Assembly (NCBI GenBank): GCA_028864875.1 | Contig: JAGWLV010000001.1 | Coordinates: forward strand, 8,288 to 72,287 | DNA from: Patescibacteria group bacterium | GTDB taxonomy: Bacteria; Patescibacteriota; Minisyncoccia; Phycocordibacterales; SBAW01 | Length of the DNA: 64,000 bases | Direction: 5' to 3' | In this document: positions 49,235-58,754 of the stretch, one piece after another | Position numbering within the stretch: the first letter of the stretch is position 1 | Layout: each line of letters starts with the position of its first letter | Program-made: the position numbers and the translations under genes | Notes under the pieces: model-generated | Told to the model about the DNA's origin: nothing | What the model saw: only the letters and a program-made list of their open reading frames with translations | The model's database searches: none

Positions 49235-50098
49235 CTACACACGTTCGACTTTCCCCAACCTTTCAACAATGAGGCCGCGGATAAGGAGCGAGGAGAGCGC
49301 CACGTTTGCCTCTTGGGCCGAGAGCCCCGAGTGCTCGATAAGCTCGTCGCGCACCAAGGGCTCGACGAGCGCGTGGAGCGTCTTCATCTCCGAGGGGGAT
49401 AGGTCGGTGGGGAGCGTAGTTTGGGTCGGTTTGTCGGAGGGTTTGAGGTTGAGCGCCTGGAGCACATCGTCTGCATTGCGCACCAAGGTCGCCCCGTCGC
49501 GGATGAGCTGGTTGACCCCGGCACCTGTCTCGCGCCCCAACTCGTGGGGCACGGCCAAAACCTCGCGGTTGTAGTCGAGCGCCAGGCGCGCCGTGATGAG
49601 CGTGCCCGACTTTTCGCCCGCCTCGATGATGAGCGTGGCGCGGCTCATCCCTGCGCCGATGCGGTTGCGCTTGGGGAAGTCGTGAATCATCGCCTTGTGC
49701 GCAGTGCCGTACTCGCTCACAAGCGCGCAGCCGCGCGCAAGGATGCGCGCGGCGAGCGCTCTGTTGGTCGACGGATAGATGGAGCGGTCGTCGAGCGAGG
49801 AGGGGAGCACCGCAATGGTCGGCAAGCCGACATCGAGTGCGCTCGTGTGCGCTTGCGAGTCGATACCGAGCGCCATGCCCGAGACTATCGCGACGTTGTA
49901 CCCCGCGAGCCCGGAGATAATACTCATGCACATGCGCCGGCCGTACGGAGTTGTTGCGCGGCTCCCGACCACGCACAGGTACTCGCAGTCCTTCGGCGGC
50001 ATCTTCCCGCGCACATAGAGCTCCGCGGGCATGTCGGGTATCTCGCGCAGCATGGGCGGGTAGTCTTTCTGCGCGAGCCGCTTGATAGGGTGGTCCAT
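49235..50098 (-). CDS. dprA: DNA processing protein DprA (Smf)
   Basis: Rossmann-like DprA core GLALGIDSQAHTSAL...LPSSLD and C-terminal winged helix. Confidence 0.85.
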   Translation of the reverse strand: MDHPIKRLAQKDYPPMLREIPDMPAELYVRGKMPPKDCEYLCVVGSRATTPYGRRMCMSIISGLAGYNVAIVSGMALGIDSQAHTSALDVGLPTIAVLPSSLDDRSIYPSTNRALAARILARGCALVSEYGTAHKAMIHDFPKRNRIGAGMSRATLIIEAGEKSGTLITARLALDYNREVLAVPHELGRETGAGVNQLIRDGATLVRNADDVLQALNLKPSDKPTQTTLPTDLSPSEMKTLHALVEPLVRDELIEHSGLSAQEANVALSSLLIRGLIVERLGKVERV

Positions 50099-50125
50099 GG
50101 GGGATATTGTACAATTCTATCTACC

Positions 50126-51409
50126 ATGCTCGACCTGCAATTTATACGCGACAATATCGACATCGTGCGCGCAGCGCTCAAAAATAAGCGCCGCGAGGTC
50201 GACCTCGACCGCGTGCTCGCACTTGCAGACGAGAGAAAAACAGCCTCGGCGGCCGTGGCCGAGATCAACCGCAAGCGCAACGAGGTACAGAAGACCCGCG
50301 ATGCCGAAGCGGGCAAGCGCCTTAAAGATGAGTTGAAGGCCGCCGAAGAAACGTATCAAACACTCGAAAAAGAGCTTGTTGCGCTCCTCATCAAAATCCC
50401 TAACATCCCCTCCGCCGACACGCCTGTGGGTCCCGACGAGACGGGCAACAAAGTGGTGCGCAGCTGGGGGGAGGCACGGCAATTTAGTTTTGCGCCGAAG
50501 GCGCACTGGGATATAGGCAAGGATTTGGGTGTCATCAATACCGAAAAGGCGGCCGAAGTCTCGGGTGCGCGCTTTGCATACCTCCTCGGCGACCTCGTCC
50601 TGCTGCAGCAAGCGCTCATACAATTTGTATTCGGCATTCTCACCAGCCGCGATGCACTCGCGGGGATTATCAAGGAAGCGAAGCTCGATGTGAGTGACAA
50701 GCCGTTTGTACCTGTGAGCATCCCGCTCATGATGCGCAGCCAGGTGATGAACCGGATGGCGCGGCTCGACCCGATAGACGAGCGCTACTACTTTGAAAAG
50801 GACGACATGGTGCTCGTCGGCTCCGCCGAACACACGCTCGGCCCCTTGCACATGGACGAGACTATTCCCGAGGCGCGACTGCCGCTGCGCTACGTGGCGG
50901 TGTCGCCCGCATTCCGCCGCGAGGCGGGGACGTACGGCAAGGACACCAAGGGCATTTTGCGCCAGCACCAGTTCGACAAAATCGAGATGGAGAGCTTCAG
51001 CAAGCCGGAGGACGGATTCTCCGAGCAGGAGTTTTTTGTCGCAATCCAAGAACACATCATGCGCGCGCTGAAGATCCCGTACCAAGTGGTACTCATTTGT
51101 ACGGGGGACATGGGCTTCCCCGACCAGCGGCAGTTCGACATCGAGGCGTGGATGCCGGGGCAACAGGCCTACCGCGAGACGCACACCGCCGACTACGTGG
51201 GCGGCTTTCAGGCGCGCCGGCTCAACACCAAGGTCAAGCGCGCGGACGGGACGACCGAGCCCGTGCACATGAACGATGCCACCGCCGCAGCGATAGGCCG
51301 CACGCTGATTGCGATTATAGAAAACTATCAACAAGCGGACGGCACTATTGCGGTGCCCGAAGTGCTGCAGAAATTTGTCGGGAAGAAGGTGATAGGGAAG
51401 GTAGAATAA
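50126..51409 (+). CDS. serS: Serine--tRNA ligase
   Basis: N-terminal coiled-coil arm, class II motifs 1-3 (FRREAGTYGKDTKGILRQHQF...). Confidence 0.9.
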   Translation: MLDLQFIRDNIDIVRAALKNKRREVDLDRVLALADERKTASAAVAEINRKRNEVQKTRDAEAGKRLKDELKAAEETYQTLEKELVALLIKIPNIPSADTPVGPDETGNKVVRSWGEARQFSFAPKAHWDIGKDLGVINTEKAAEVSGARFAYLLGDLVLLQQALIQFVFGILTSRDALAGIIKEAKLDVSDKPFVPVSIPLMMRSQVMNRMARLDPIDERYYFEKDDMVLVGSAEHTLGPLHMDETIPEARLPLRYVAVSPAFRREAGTYGKDTKGILRQHQFDKIEMESFSKPEDGFSEQEFFVAIQEHIMRALKIPYQVVLICTGDMGFPDQRQFDIEAWMPGQQAYRETHTADYVGGFQARRLNTKVKRADGTTEPVHMNDATAAAIGRTLIAIIENYQQADGTIAVPEVLQKFVGKKVIGKVE

Positions 51410-51413
51410 GTGG

Positions 51414-52229
51414 GTGGCTCGCGTAGATATTTCTTCCGGATTGCGGATACGGCGCCGTAGACGCCGTGCATGGGCGCTCGCCGGCGTCGCGCTGGTGCTT
51501 ATAGGACTTGTCACAGGTGCCGCCGCGTTCTCGCACGCGCCCTTTTTGCGCATCACGCGCATTGAGATAGTTGGTGCACAGACGGTCGCCTCATCGACGA
51601 TCATGGACACGGTTCAGCAACAACTTTCGGGCTCGTACTTCTTTATATTTGCGCGCGACAACATCTTTCTGTATCCAAAGAGGGGGATAGACAACGCACT
51701 TCTCTTTCTCTACCCGCAGCTCAAGTCGGTTGATGTGCACGCGGGAGACTTCAACTCCATTGCCGTATCAGTCGTCGAGCGTGCGCCCAAAGCGCTGTGG
51801 TGTGGCAGCGGGCCGGGCGTGGGCGCGTGCTCCTATGTCGATGAGGACGGGGTTGTGTATGCTCAAGCGCCGGATTTCAATATGCCGCTATATGTCGAGT
51901 ACCTCGGCGTCGCAACCGGCACCCCCGTTTCTGACTCCGCGCTGCAATTTTTGACCTCCGAACAGTTCCACTCGCTTGCGGCACTCATCGACGCACTCAC
52001 GACGCCCGAGAATCAGGTGCACACCGTTACGGTTGACGACGTTGGCGATGTACGCGCATACTTTCAAAACAATTTCATCCTCATCTTTTCGCTGGGCGAC
52101 GAGGGAGGGGACATCTACGAGCGCTACAAGCTGGCGCTCCAAAGCGATCCGTTTAAAAACCACACGATAGCGGACTTCGAGTACCTCGATCTGCGCTTCG
52201 GCGACAAGCTGTATTACAAATTGAAATAA
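51414..52229 (+). CDS. FtsQ/DivIB-like cell division protein (POTRA domain)
   Basis: N-terminal Arg-rich cytoplasmic tail, single TM, POTRA-like then beta domain; GTG start. Confidence 0.55.
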   Translation: MARVDISSGLRIRRRRRRAWALAGVALVLIGLVTGAAAFSHAPFLRITRIEIVGAQTVASSTIMDTVQQQLSGSYFFIFARDNIFLYPKRGIDNALLFLYPQLKSVDVHAGDFNSIAVSVVERAPKALWCGSGPGVGACSYVDEDGVVYAQAPDFNMPLYVEYLGVATGTPVSDSALQFLTSEQFHSLAALIDALTTPENQVHTVTVDDVGDVRAYFQNNFILIFSLGDEGGDIYERYKLALQSDPFKNHTIADFEYLDLRFGDKLYYKLK

Positions 52230-52230
52230 C

Positions 52231-52266
52231 AAAAGCCCCGTCACACACTGCGTGACGGGGCTTTTG
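52231..52266. terminator. Bidirectional rho-independent terminator
   Basis: aaaagccccgtcac-acactgc-gtgacggggcttttgg. Confidence 0.7.
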
Positions 52267-52270
52267 GGTG

Positions 52271-52456
52271 TCAGTCGGTAACGTTGGTATGCCACCAGAC
52301 TCGCAAACGCTCCCCAATGTTGAGGGCAAATTTTTTGAGTGGGGACATTACAGGGATTTTGCGCTTAAGGCGTGCTTTGCGGTCTTTTTTCGCGCACTCC
52401 TCGATCCATGCACCCATTTCCGGTGTCCAGAGTTGGATATCGGACGGTTGAATCAT
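52271..52456 (-). CDS. Hypothetical small protein (about 61 aa)
   Basis: ORF only; weak SD. Confidence 0.3.
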   Translation of the reverse strand: MIQPSDIQLWTPEMGAWIEECAKKDRKARLKRKIPVMSPLKKFALNIGERLRVWWHTNVTD

Positions 52457-52518
52457 TTGGTGACCCCATGCAATTTGCAGCCGTTGACCATAATGCAAAC
52501 TTTACATAGAGTTGTCAA

Positions 52519-53523
52519 ATGTCCGGTGCGCAAAACTTTTGGAAGGGGTTACGCAAGCCTTTTTTTGTTTTGGCCCCTCTTGCGAATGTTACCGACGCGG
52601 CGTTTCGCAGCATTATTGCCAAGTACTCCAAGCCCGTAGGGCCCGATGTATTTTTTACGGAGTTTGTGTCGGCAGACGGAATTTTTAAGGGCAACCTGCC
52701 TCGGCACGCCGGAGGCAAGACGGGCCGCGACGTGCTGATACGCGACCTGCAATTTTCTCCCGCAGAAAAGCCGGTTGTCGCACAATTTTTTACGAGCGAC
52801 CCAACTATGATGGAGCGCGCTGCGGCGCTTGCGGCGGAGATGGGCTTCAGCGGGGTGGACATCAACATGGGCTGCCCGGACAGGAGTGTAGAGAAGCAGG
52901 ATGCCGGGGCGAAATTGATTTTAAATCCTGAACGGGCGGTTGAATTAATCGCCGCAGCCAAGCGCGGCGGTGCGGGCCTGCCCGTGTCGGTCAAGACGCG
53001 CTTGGGGTACAACAAAGATGTGCTCGACGAGTGGCTCCCGGTGCTTTTGCGGGCAGAGCCCGCGGCGGTGACCATCCACGCCCGCACGCGCAAAGAAATG
53101 AGCAAGGTCCCCGCGCGCTGGGAGCGCGTCGCGCGCGCGGTAGAAATCCGCAACGAGCTCGGCGCCGACACGCTTATTGTGGGCAACGGTGACCTGTGGG
53201 GCGTTGAAGATGCGCGCGCTAAAGTACAAGAATCAGGGGCGGATGGTGCCATGTTGGGCAGGGCGATTTTCGGCAAACCGTGGCTGTTCAAAGCTTCGGA
53301 AAATCCTCCGCTTACACAACGCCTGCACATTTTAGTAGAGCACACCAAGCTGTTTGAAGAGATTCTCGGCGACATAAAAAACTTTGCCATTATGAAAAAG
53401 CACTTCAAGGCGTATGTCGAGGGGTTTGACGGCGCGCGCGAACTGCGCGCGCGCCTCATGGACACGCGCAGCGCGGCCGAGGTTGAGCAGATTGTCGGCG
53501 AGTTTCTTGCCAACCACCCGTAG
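52519..53523 (+). CDS. tRNA-dihydrouridine synthase
   Basis: Dus TIM-barrel, VDINMGCP motif with catalytic Cys. Confidence 0.85.
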   Translation: MSGAQNFWKGLRKPFFVLAPLANVTDAAFRSIIAKYSKPVGPDVFFTEFVSADGIFKGNLPRHAGGKTGRDVLIRDLQFSPAEKPVVAQFFTSDPTMMERAAALAAEMGFSGVDINMGCPDRSVEKQDAGAKLILNPERAVELIAAAKRGGAGLPVSVKTRLGYNKDVLDEWLPVLLRAEPAAVTIHARTRKEMSKVPARWERVARAVEIRNELGADTLIVGNGDLWGVEDARAKVQESGADGAMLGRAIFGKPWLFKASENPPLTQRLHILVEHTKLFEEILGDIKNFAIMKKHFKAYVEGFDGARELRARLMDTRSAAEVEQIVGEFLANHP

Positions 53524-53599
53524 CAGTTTGTGTATTGCCTGCACGACACGCAGGCGCTATAGTCGACAGTGGCTGCAATAAATTCCTTGGAGGCAGAAT

Positions 53600-54781
53600 A
53601 TGACAGAAACGTCGGCGACAGATGGCCCCAGGAGCATCACGCTCCCCGGCGGCGATGTTGTGTCGGTGTCAGATGATCCGGAGGAGTGGTGGTCGAAGCA
53701 CAACGCCACCGGTTTTGTGGATCCGCACTATATCGCTCCGGATCCAAAGAATCCGCGCCGTCGACTCAACCCCGCGCGGCAAAAGGAGCTCGAAGAAAGC
53801 ATCAAAGCCCGTGGCGTCAGGCAAGCACTCATTCTTACTCCGCGGCACTGCGCGCCGTGGGCCCCGGTCGAACCGCAGTATAAAAAGTGCTTCTTTCTTG
53901 CGGTAGGCGGACATCGCCGTCGCGCCGGATCCATCGCCACCCAAATCGGAGCCGTTCCGGTTATGGTGAAGATCTACCCATCCGAAAAAGAACACCGGAT
54001 GGATGTCTCGCTACTCAACAAGGGGCAGGATGATCTCACGCCGCTTGAAGAGGGTGAGGAGATGATGAGTCTTCAGAGCCTCGGTTGGAAAGTCGAAGAA
54101 CTGTGTGAAGCCTTCGGTTATGCTACGCCGCAGCTCTACGACCGGATGCATCTCACCAAACTCGATCCTAGACTCCAGAAATGGCTGGATCCGGAGCTCC
54201 CGCGTCGCCAACGGATTCCGATTACCTTGGGCGGAACTTTGGGCGGAATACCGGTGCCGACTCTCGAAGAGCTCGTCGAAGTCTATGACGGGCTCAACGA
54301 CACGGTGCGTATTCTTAAGACCGATGAGTACGTCCCTGCCGAAAAACTCGAGGACTTGGATCAAAAGGGACGCCGCTTCGCACTCCAACGGTTGCTGTTT
54401 GCCGTAATACAACGGCGGAACTTGCCATCTCCCCGCGCCATTGAGTTCATCCGCGATCGTAAACTTAAACTCGCGGGAGGCAAGTCGGCAGGCGGAAGGC
54501 CGACTCAGCGATACAGACCCAACCGCCGTAAAGATGTTCTCGATACGGTGATCAAGGAGATCAGCAGTTCGCTCGTCGTAGATTGGCCGGAAGCGGAATG
54601 GCAGCGGATCTTCGGCCTTGCTCCCCGCGAGGAGGTCGAGGACTATATGAAGAAAGTGCAGAATGCTCAAAAGACCCTGACTATGTGGGAAAGCATTCTC
54701 GGTCGCATCCGCGATTCCAAGAAAGCCACTCGACCTGAAGTGCTGGAGATACTTCAGCGCAAAAAGGCCGTTGGCCAATGA
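53600..54781 (+). CDS. ParB/Srx-like nuclease-domain protein (second ParB-like gene), lower GC
   Basis: GGAGG SD; ParB N-domain hallmarks DPKNPRRRLNP...LAVGGHRRRAGSIATQ...VPV; own terminator; GC about 58%. Confidence 0.65.
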   Translation: MTETSATDGPRSITLPGGDVVSVSDDPEEWWSKHNATGFVDPHYIAPDPKNPRRRLNPARQKELEESIKARGVRQALILTPRHCAPWAPVEPQYKKCFFLAVGGHRRRAGSIATQIGAVPVMVKIYPSEKEHRMDVSLLNKGQDDLTPLEEGEEMMSLQSLGWKVEELCEAFGYATPQLYDRMHLTKLDPRLQKWLDPELPRRQRIPITLGGTLGGIPVPTLEELVEVYDGLNDTVRILKTDEYVPAEKLEDLDQKGRRFALQRLLFAVIQRRNLPSPRAIEFIRDRKLKLAGGKSAGGRPTQRYRPNRRKDVLDTVIKEISSSLVVDWPEAEWQRIFGLAPREEVEDYMKKVQNAQKTLTMWESILGRIRDSKKATRPEVLEILQRKKAVGQ

Positions 54782-54783
54782 GT

Positions 54784-54816
54784 AAAAGCCCCGCCGGCAA
54801 CGGCGGGGTTTTTCTT
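54784..54816 (+). terminator. Rho-independent terminator
   Basis: aagccccgccg-gcaa-cggcggggtttttctttgtt. Confidence 0.7.
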
Positions 54817-54859
54817 TGTTATGTATACTGGGCTCATGGTCAAAAAGGGGGAGGAACGG

Positions 54860-55882
54860 ATGGTCGAAGCTTTGTATCGTAAATACCGCCCGGGCGACTT
54901 CGACGAAGTGCGCGGGCAAGACGAGGTGGTCGCCGTACTGCGCGCTGCGGTCAAGAAGGGGGTACCCGCCCACGCCTATTTGTTTGCGGGTGGGCGGGGC
55001 ACGGGCAAGACGTCGATGGCGCGCATTTTGGCAAAGGCGCTCGGCACGAGCGACTCGGATGTGTACGAAATGGATGCCGCGAGCAACCGCGGCATAGACG
55101 AGGTGCGTGAGTTGCGCGAGGGTGTCGCCACACTCCCGTTTGAGTCGACGTACAAGTTCTACATCATCGATGAGGCGCACGCGCTCACCAAAGATGCGTG
55201 GGGGGCATTGCTGAAGACTCTTGAAGAGCCGCCCGCGCACGCTATTTTTGTGCTCTGCACCACCGAGCTCGACCGTGTGCCCGAAACTATCCGCTCGCGC
55301 TGCCAGGTATTCAGTTTCAAAAAGCCGGGGCACGAGACGCTCAAAAAAATTGCCGTTGATGTCGCCAAAAAAGAGGGCGCGACGCTCGAGCCAGCGGGGG
55401 CGGAACTCATCGCGCTCATGGGCGAGGGGTCCTTCCGCGACGCGCTCGGCATTTTGCAGAAAGTGCTCACGGTCTCCGGCGACAAAAAACTCACCGAAGA
55501 CGAGGTGGCCAAGGTTGTGGGTGCGCCGGGGAGCCGTACACTCAACGAGTTTATACAAGCACTTGGACACAAAGATATTGCTGCAGCACTCGCAGCCTTC
55601 CACACCGCAGTCGGCGCGGGGTCGGAGCCGCGCATCTTTACGCTCCTTGCGATGGCTCGCGCGCGCGGCGTGCTCCTCCTGCGCTTTGCCCCGAAGCTTG
55701 AAAAAGAACTCTCCGAGCAGTTCGGCGAGGATGACCTCAAAGTGCTCAAGGTGCTCGCCAAAGAGGGCCTTGCGCTCAATGCGGCGCTCCTTGCGGAGCT
55801 TATCGGCGCCTACATCGACATGGCCCGTGCGCCACTCCCGAGCGTGCCGCTCGAACTCGCGCTCTATCGAGCGCTCGGATAA
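54860..55882 (+). CDS. dnaX: DNA polymerase III subunit gamma/tau (short form, about 340 aa)
   Basis: AAA+ clamp-loader: RPGDFDEVRGQ, Walker A GGRGTGKTS, DEAH-like FYIIDEAHAL, sensor motifs. Confidence 0.85.
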   Translation: MVEALYRKYRPGDFDEVRGQDEVVAVLRAAVKKGVPAHAYLFAGGRGTGKTSMARILAKALGTSDSDVYEMDAASNRGIDEVRELREGVATLPFESTYKFYIIDEAHALTKDAWGALLKTLEEPPAHAIFVLCTTELDRVPETIRSRCQVFSFKKPGHETLKKIAVDVAKKEGATLEPAGAELIALMGEGSFRDALGILQKVLTVSGDKKLTEDEVAKVVGAPGSRTLNEFIQALGHKDIAAALAAFHTAVGAGSEPRIFTLLAMARARGVLLLRFAPKLEKELSEQFGEDDLKVLKVLAKEGLALNAALLAELIGAYIDMARAPLPSVPLELALYRALG

Positions 55883-55903
55883 TTTGATATCCTCAAACGG
55901 TAT

Positions 55904-55978
<75 letters not shown>

Positions 55979-56009
55979 ACACATGACAAGTCAGGTGACT
56001 ATGACGCGT

Positions 56010-56095
56010 CTATATTTTTCAACGTATTTTTAGCGTTCGGTTCGAGACCATGACGCGTCATGTGTCTCAGTCTCGAACCGCAAAAGAAAAATTAC
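56010..56095. repeat. Palindromic att-like site (ggttcgagac-catgacgcgtcatg-tgtctc..cgaacc) with duplicated TGACGCGTC motif
   Basis: Imperfect inverted repeat around a central CATGACGCGTCATG palindrome, adjacent to the serine recombinase gene 3' end. Confidence 0.45.
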
Positions 56096-56118
56096 CCGGC
56101 GAGGTGATTTTTCTTTGG

Positions 56119-57411
56119 CTACTCCATCGTCACTTTCTTGTCTTTCAGGAATAACTTGCTCTGCAAGCATCCAAGCAATTCCCGTTTCTCTACCAGGGTT
56201 CCTTCCCTGAGCAGGTACTTCGTGTAATTCCGAACGTCCACGTCTATCTCGACTTTGTCCTGCTTGTGCCCGAGTACTCCTGACTGAAATTTGTTGAACC
56301 GCCGTATTTCTTCTTCGATCCGTGTCCGTACTCCCAACTCATCCAAATTTACCGTATCCATCAATCCAATTAGTTCATCAATCAGGCTCGGCTCGTTGAT
56401 CGGTGGATTCTTGCAATCGATATTCCGAGCCTTTGTGCAGAAGTAATATACATGGCGATTCACACCGCCACTCTTGAGCTTCTTGAATTTTTCGTCAGCT
56501 GATATACCCGAGCCGCAGTAGCCGCATCGCACGAGCTTGGTGAAGGCGAACTCCTTGCTCTCGGTTTTGGGTATGAAATTTTCGTTGAGCGTCATCTGTA
56601 CCTTCTCATACAGCTGTTTGTCGATGATTGGCGTATGCTTGCCGGTGTACCATTGACCACCCCCGACCGGGTATTCAAATTCACCCGAGTAGAAGGGGTT
56701 CCGCAGAATGACGTAGACATTCGCGAGCACGAGCGGTTTTCCTCCCGTTGTTTTGAAGTCAATCTCTCGGAGCCATCGGTATACTTTCCGTCCGCTCCAC
56801 TGTTCGTGCGCTACCTTCTCGAACATCTGTTTGATCACAGGCGCGCGCTTTGGGTCGATCCGGCACTGACATTTCTTGTCGACATGCTTTTCATTGAGAT
56901 ACCCAGTCGGGGCAGGGCCGGGCCTCCAACCCATCTCGCATCGTGTTCTCAGCCCGCGCTTCACGTTTACCGCCTTGTTGTCGTTTTCGAGCTTCGCCTG
57001 CGAACCCAGAATCATTAGTAGGAATTTTTCGTTCGGATTGTTTGTGAATCTCTGTCCGTATGTACGGATTTCATGGAGTAACTTTTGGTCCATCAGGTCC
57101 ACGACTGACCCCAGGTCACCGGCATTGCGACTCAGGCGATCTGGTGCCCACGTGAGTATTGCGTTGAACTTCTTCGACCGGATATCCTCCAACATTTGGT
57201 TGTAGACCGGACGTTGGCCGACCTCTTTAGATGAGTGGGCCTCACGCTTAATCTCGACAATATGCAAACACTCTCGCTCGGCTAGCGCCTGCATTTCTTT
57301 CACCTGGCTCTCGATTGATAATGCTTGCTTATCTTCCGCCTCAGTACTTTTGCGTGCATAGAGGCAGTACCGTAAGGCCTCCTGTGGTTGTGTTTTTTCC
57401 ATACACCACAA
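56119..57411 (-). CDS. Large serine recombinase (phage-integrase type)
   Basis: Resolvase catalytic domain YARKSTEAE...SIESQ, recombinase domain, C-terminal zinc ribbon CGYCG...YYFC; 430 aa; AT-rich codon usage. Confidence 0.9.
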   Translation of the reverse strand: MWCMEKTQPQEALRYCLYARKSTEAEDKQALSIESQVKEMQALAERECLHIVEIKREAHSSKEVGQRPVYNQMLEDIRSKKFNAILTWAPDRLSRNAGDLGSVVDLMDQKLLHEIRTYGQRFTNNPNEKFLLMILGSQAKLENDNKAVNVKRGLRTRCEMGWRPGPAPTGYLNEKHVDKKCQCRIDPKRAPVIKQMFEKVAHEQWSGRKVYRWLREIDFKTTGGKPLVLANVYVILRNPFYSGEFEYPVGGGQWYTGKHTPIIDKQLYEKVQMTLNENFIPKTESKEFAFTKLVRCGYCGSGISADEKFKKLKSGGVNRHVYYFCTKARNIDCKNPPINEPSLIDELIGLMDTVNLDELGVRTRIEEEIRRFNKFQSGVLGHKQDKVEIDVDVRNYTKYLLREGTLVEKRELLGCLQSKLFLKDKKVTME

Positions 57412-57927
57412 GGAATGACGCCACCCTCCTGAGGAGTCCAGGACTCCTCAGGAGGTGGAAGTAGATAACATTTGACTCCTCAAGGAAGCCCTATATACTT
57501 GGGGTATGAGTCTACCGATCCCTAAAGAGCCGACCGACGTCAAAGATTGGATCCACCGGATTGAAGGAATGGGAGGTAAGTCTGGTGAGATCAATTGGGA
57601 TTCTCTGAACGTTTGGTACGGGAACAAATTGCCACAATACTTGTGGAATGAATGGAAGGACTCACTCAAACCCTCAGGAGGGTGAGCTCCGCCTCAACTC
57701 GCGCTTGCTTAAGGCGCTTCACAAATATTGCTCGTTCATTGGTATGAATGGACTTCTTCATACCTATAAGCCTGTATTCCGTATTGGGATATTCCAAAGT
57801 GGAATATCCCATGCTATGCTTGAAATGGCCCCGTTAGGGCACTGTTGGTAACTCCGCTTCGCAAGGCCTTGAAACTAAGTTAGGAAACACAAAGTCAGTC
57901 TTTATTAGCTCATATTTAGTAAGTGCT

Positions 57928-58479
57928 ATGGACACAGAAGTAAAACCCAAGAAGAAGTTTTATAAGCGCTGGTGGTTCTGGGTCGGTGCCGTTCTTGTGC
58001 TGTTCGTGATTATCGGCATGAGCGGCAATTCAACACCTACCACGAGCGTTCCGGCTCCTAACGAAAGCGCTGGTACCGCCTCAGCGCAAACTCAAGCCGC
58101 GCCTGAGCAAAAGTCGGTGCCTGCCCCAACAGAGTCCCAATCAGCTCCTGCCCCCTCGCAGCCGATCAGTAAGCCTGCACCGGCTCCTGCCGCCATGCAG
58201 ACCCTGCTCGATATCTCCGGCAGCGGCAGCAAGACGACTGAGTCGTTCACGGCTGCCGGCGCGTGGAATCTCATCTGGAGCTACGACTGCTCTAACTTCG
58301 GCAGCAAAGGCAACTTCCAGGTATTTATCTACGACGGCAACGGTAACATGTCGTTCGACAACTCAGGTGTGAACCAACTTGGCGCTTCCGGATCAGATAC
58401 CGACTACTATCACGTGGGTGGCACCTACTACCTCGAGGTCAACTCCGAGTGTAGCTGGCATGTCACCGTGAAAGGCTAG
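57928..58479 (+). CDS. Membrane-anchored secreted protein with Pro/Ala-rich linker and C-terminal beta domain, hypothetical
   Basis: N-terminal Lys-rich tail and TM; architecture like prophage-encoded surface or exclusion proteins (DUF4352-like, tentative). Confidence 0.45.
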   Translation: MDTEVKPKKKFYKRWWFWVGAVLVLFVIIGMSGNSTPTTSVPAPNESAGTASAQTQAAPEQKSVPAPTESQSAPAPSQPISKPAPAPAAMQTLLDISGSGSKTTESFTAAGAWNLIWSYDCSNFGSKGNFQVFIYDGNGNMSFDNSGVNQLGASGSDTDYYHVGGTYYLEVNSECSWHVTVKG

Positions 58480-58533
58480 TGTAGACAACTCGCTTCGCAA
58501 TACCTCCGTTCTAAGCTGGAATGGAGGTGTTGC

Positions 58534-58740
58534 ATGTCCATACTGTCACCACAAAGCGCTTGCGAACTTCGTCGGATCATCAAAGAGTCGACCGGTCGCG
58601 ACATCTCGCAGGGTGAGGCCTACGCCATCTGGCACTACCTCATCAAACTTCTCCAGCTCTTGTGGCGCGTAGAAACACGCAAAGAGATACCGCCTCCGCC
58701 TCATCAGCTCAGCCTATTTCACTCTAGCAAGAAGCCTTAG
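58534..58740 (+). CDS. Hypothetical small protein (68 aa)
   Basis: ORF only. Confidence 0.3.
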   Translation: MSILSPQSACELRRIIKESTGRDISQGEAYAIWHYLIKLLQLLWRVETRKEIPPPPHQLSLFHSSKKP

Positions 58741-58754
58741 AACTTTCTGCTGCA

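Noticed and set aside
49263-50114. 283-aa minus-strand ORF in an alternative frame of dprA
   Set aside because: It occupies the same strand and span as DprA but in another frame. DprA shows family motifs and this frame gives only Arg/Ala/Pro low complexity.
54011-55603. 530-aa minus-strand ORF spanning the ParB-like gene and dnaX
   Set aside because: It is antisense to two well-supported plus-strand genes with clear family motifs. It has no recognisable domain and an Arg/Ala-rich composition typical of spurious ORFs in high-GC DNA.
57506-57685. 59-aa ORF upstream of the serine recombinase (MSLPIPKEPTDVKDW...)
   Set aside because: Its SD-like GGGG is immediately adjacent to the ATG with no spacer, it has no motif, and it lies in the AT-rich promoter region. 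It is possibly real but unsupported.
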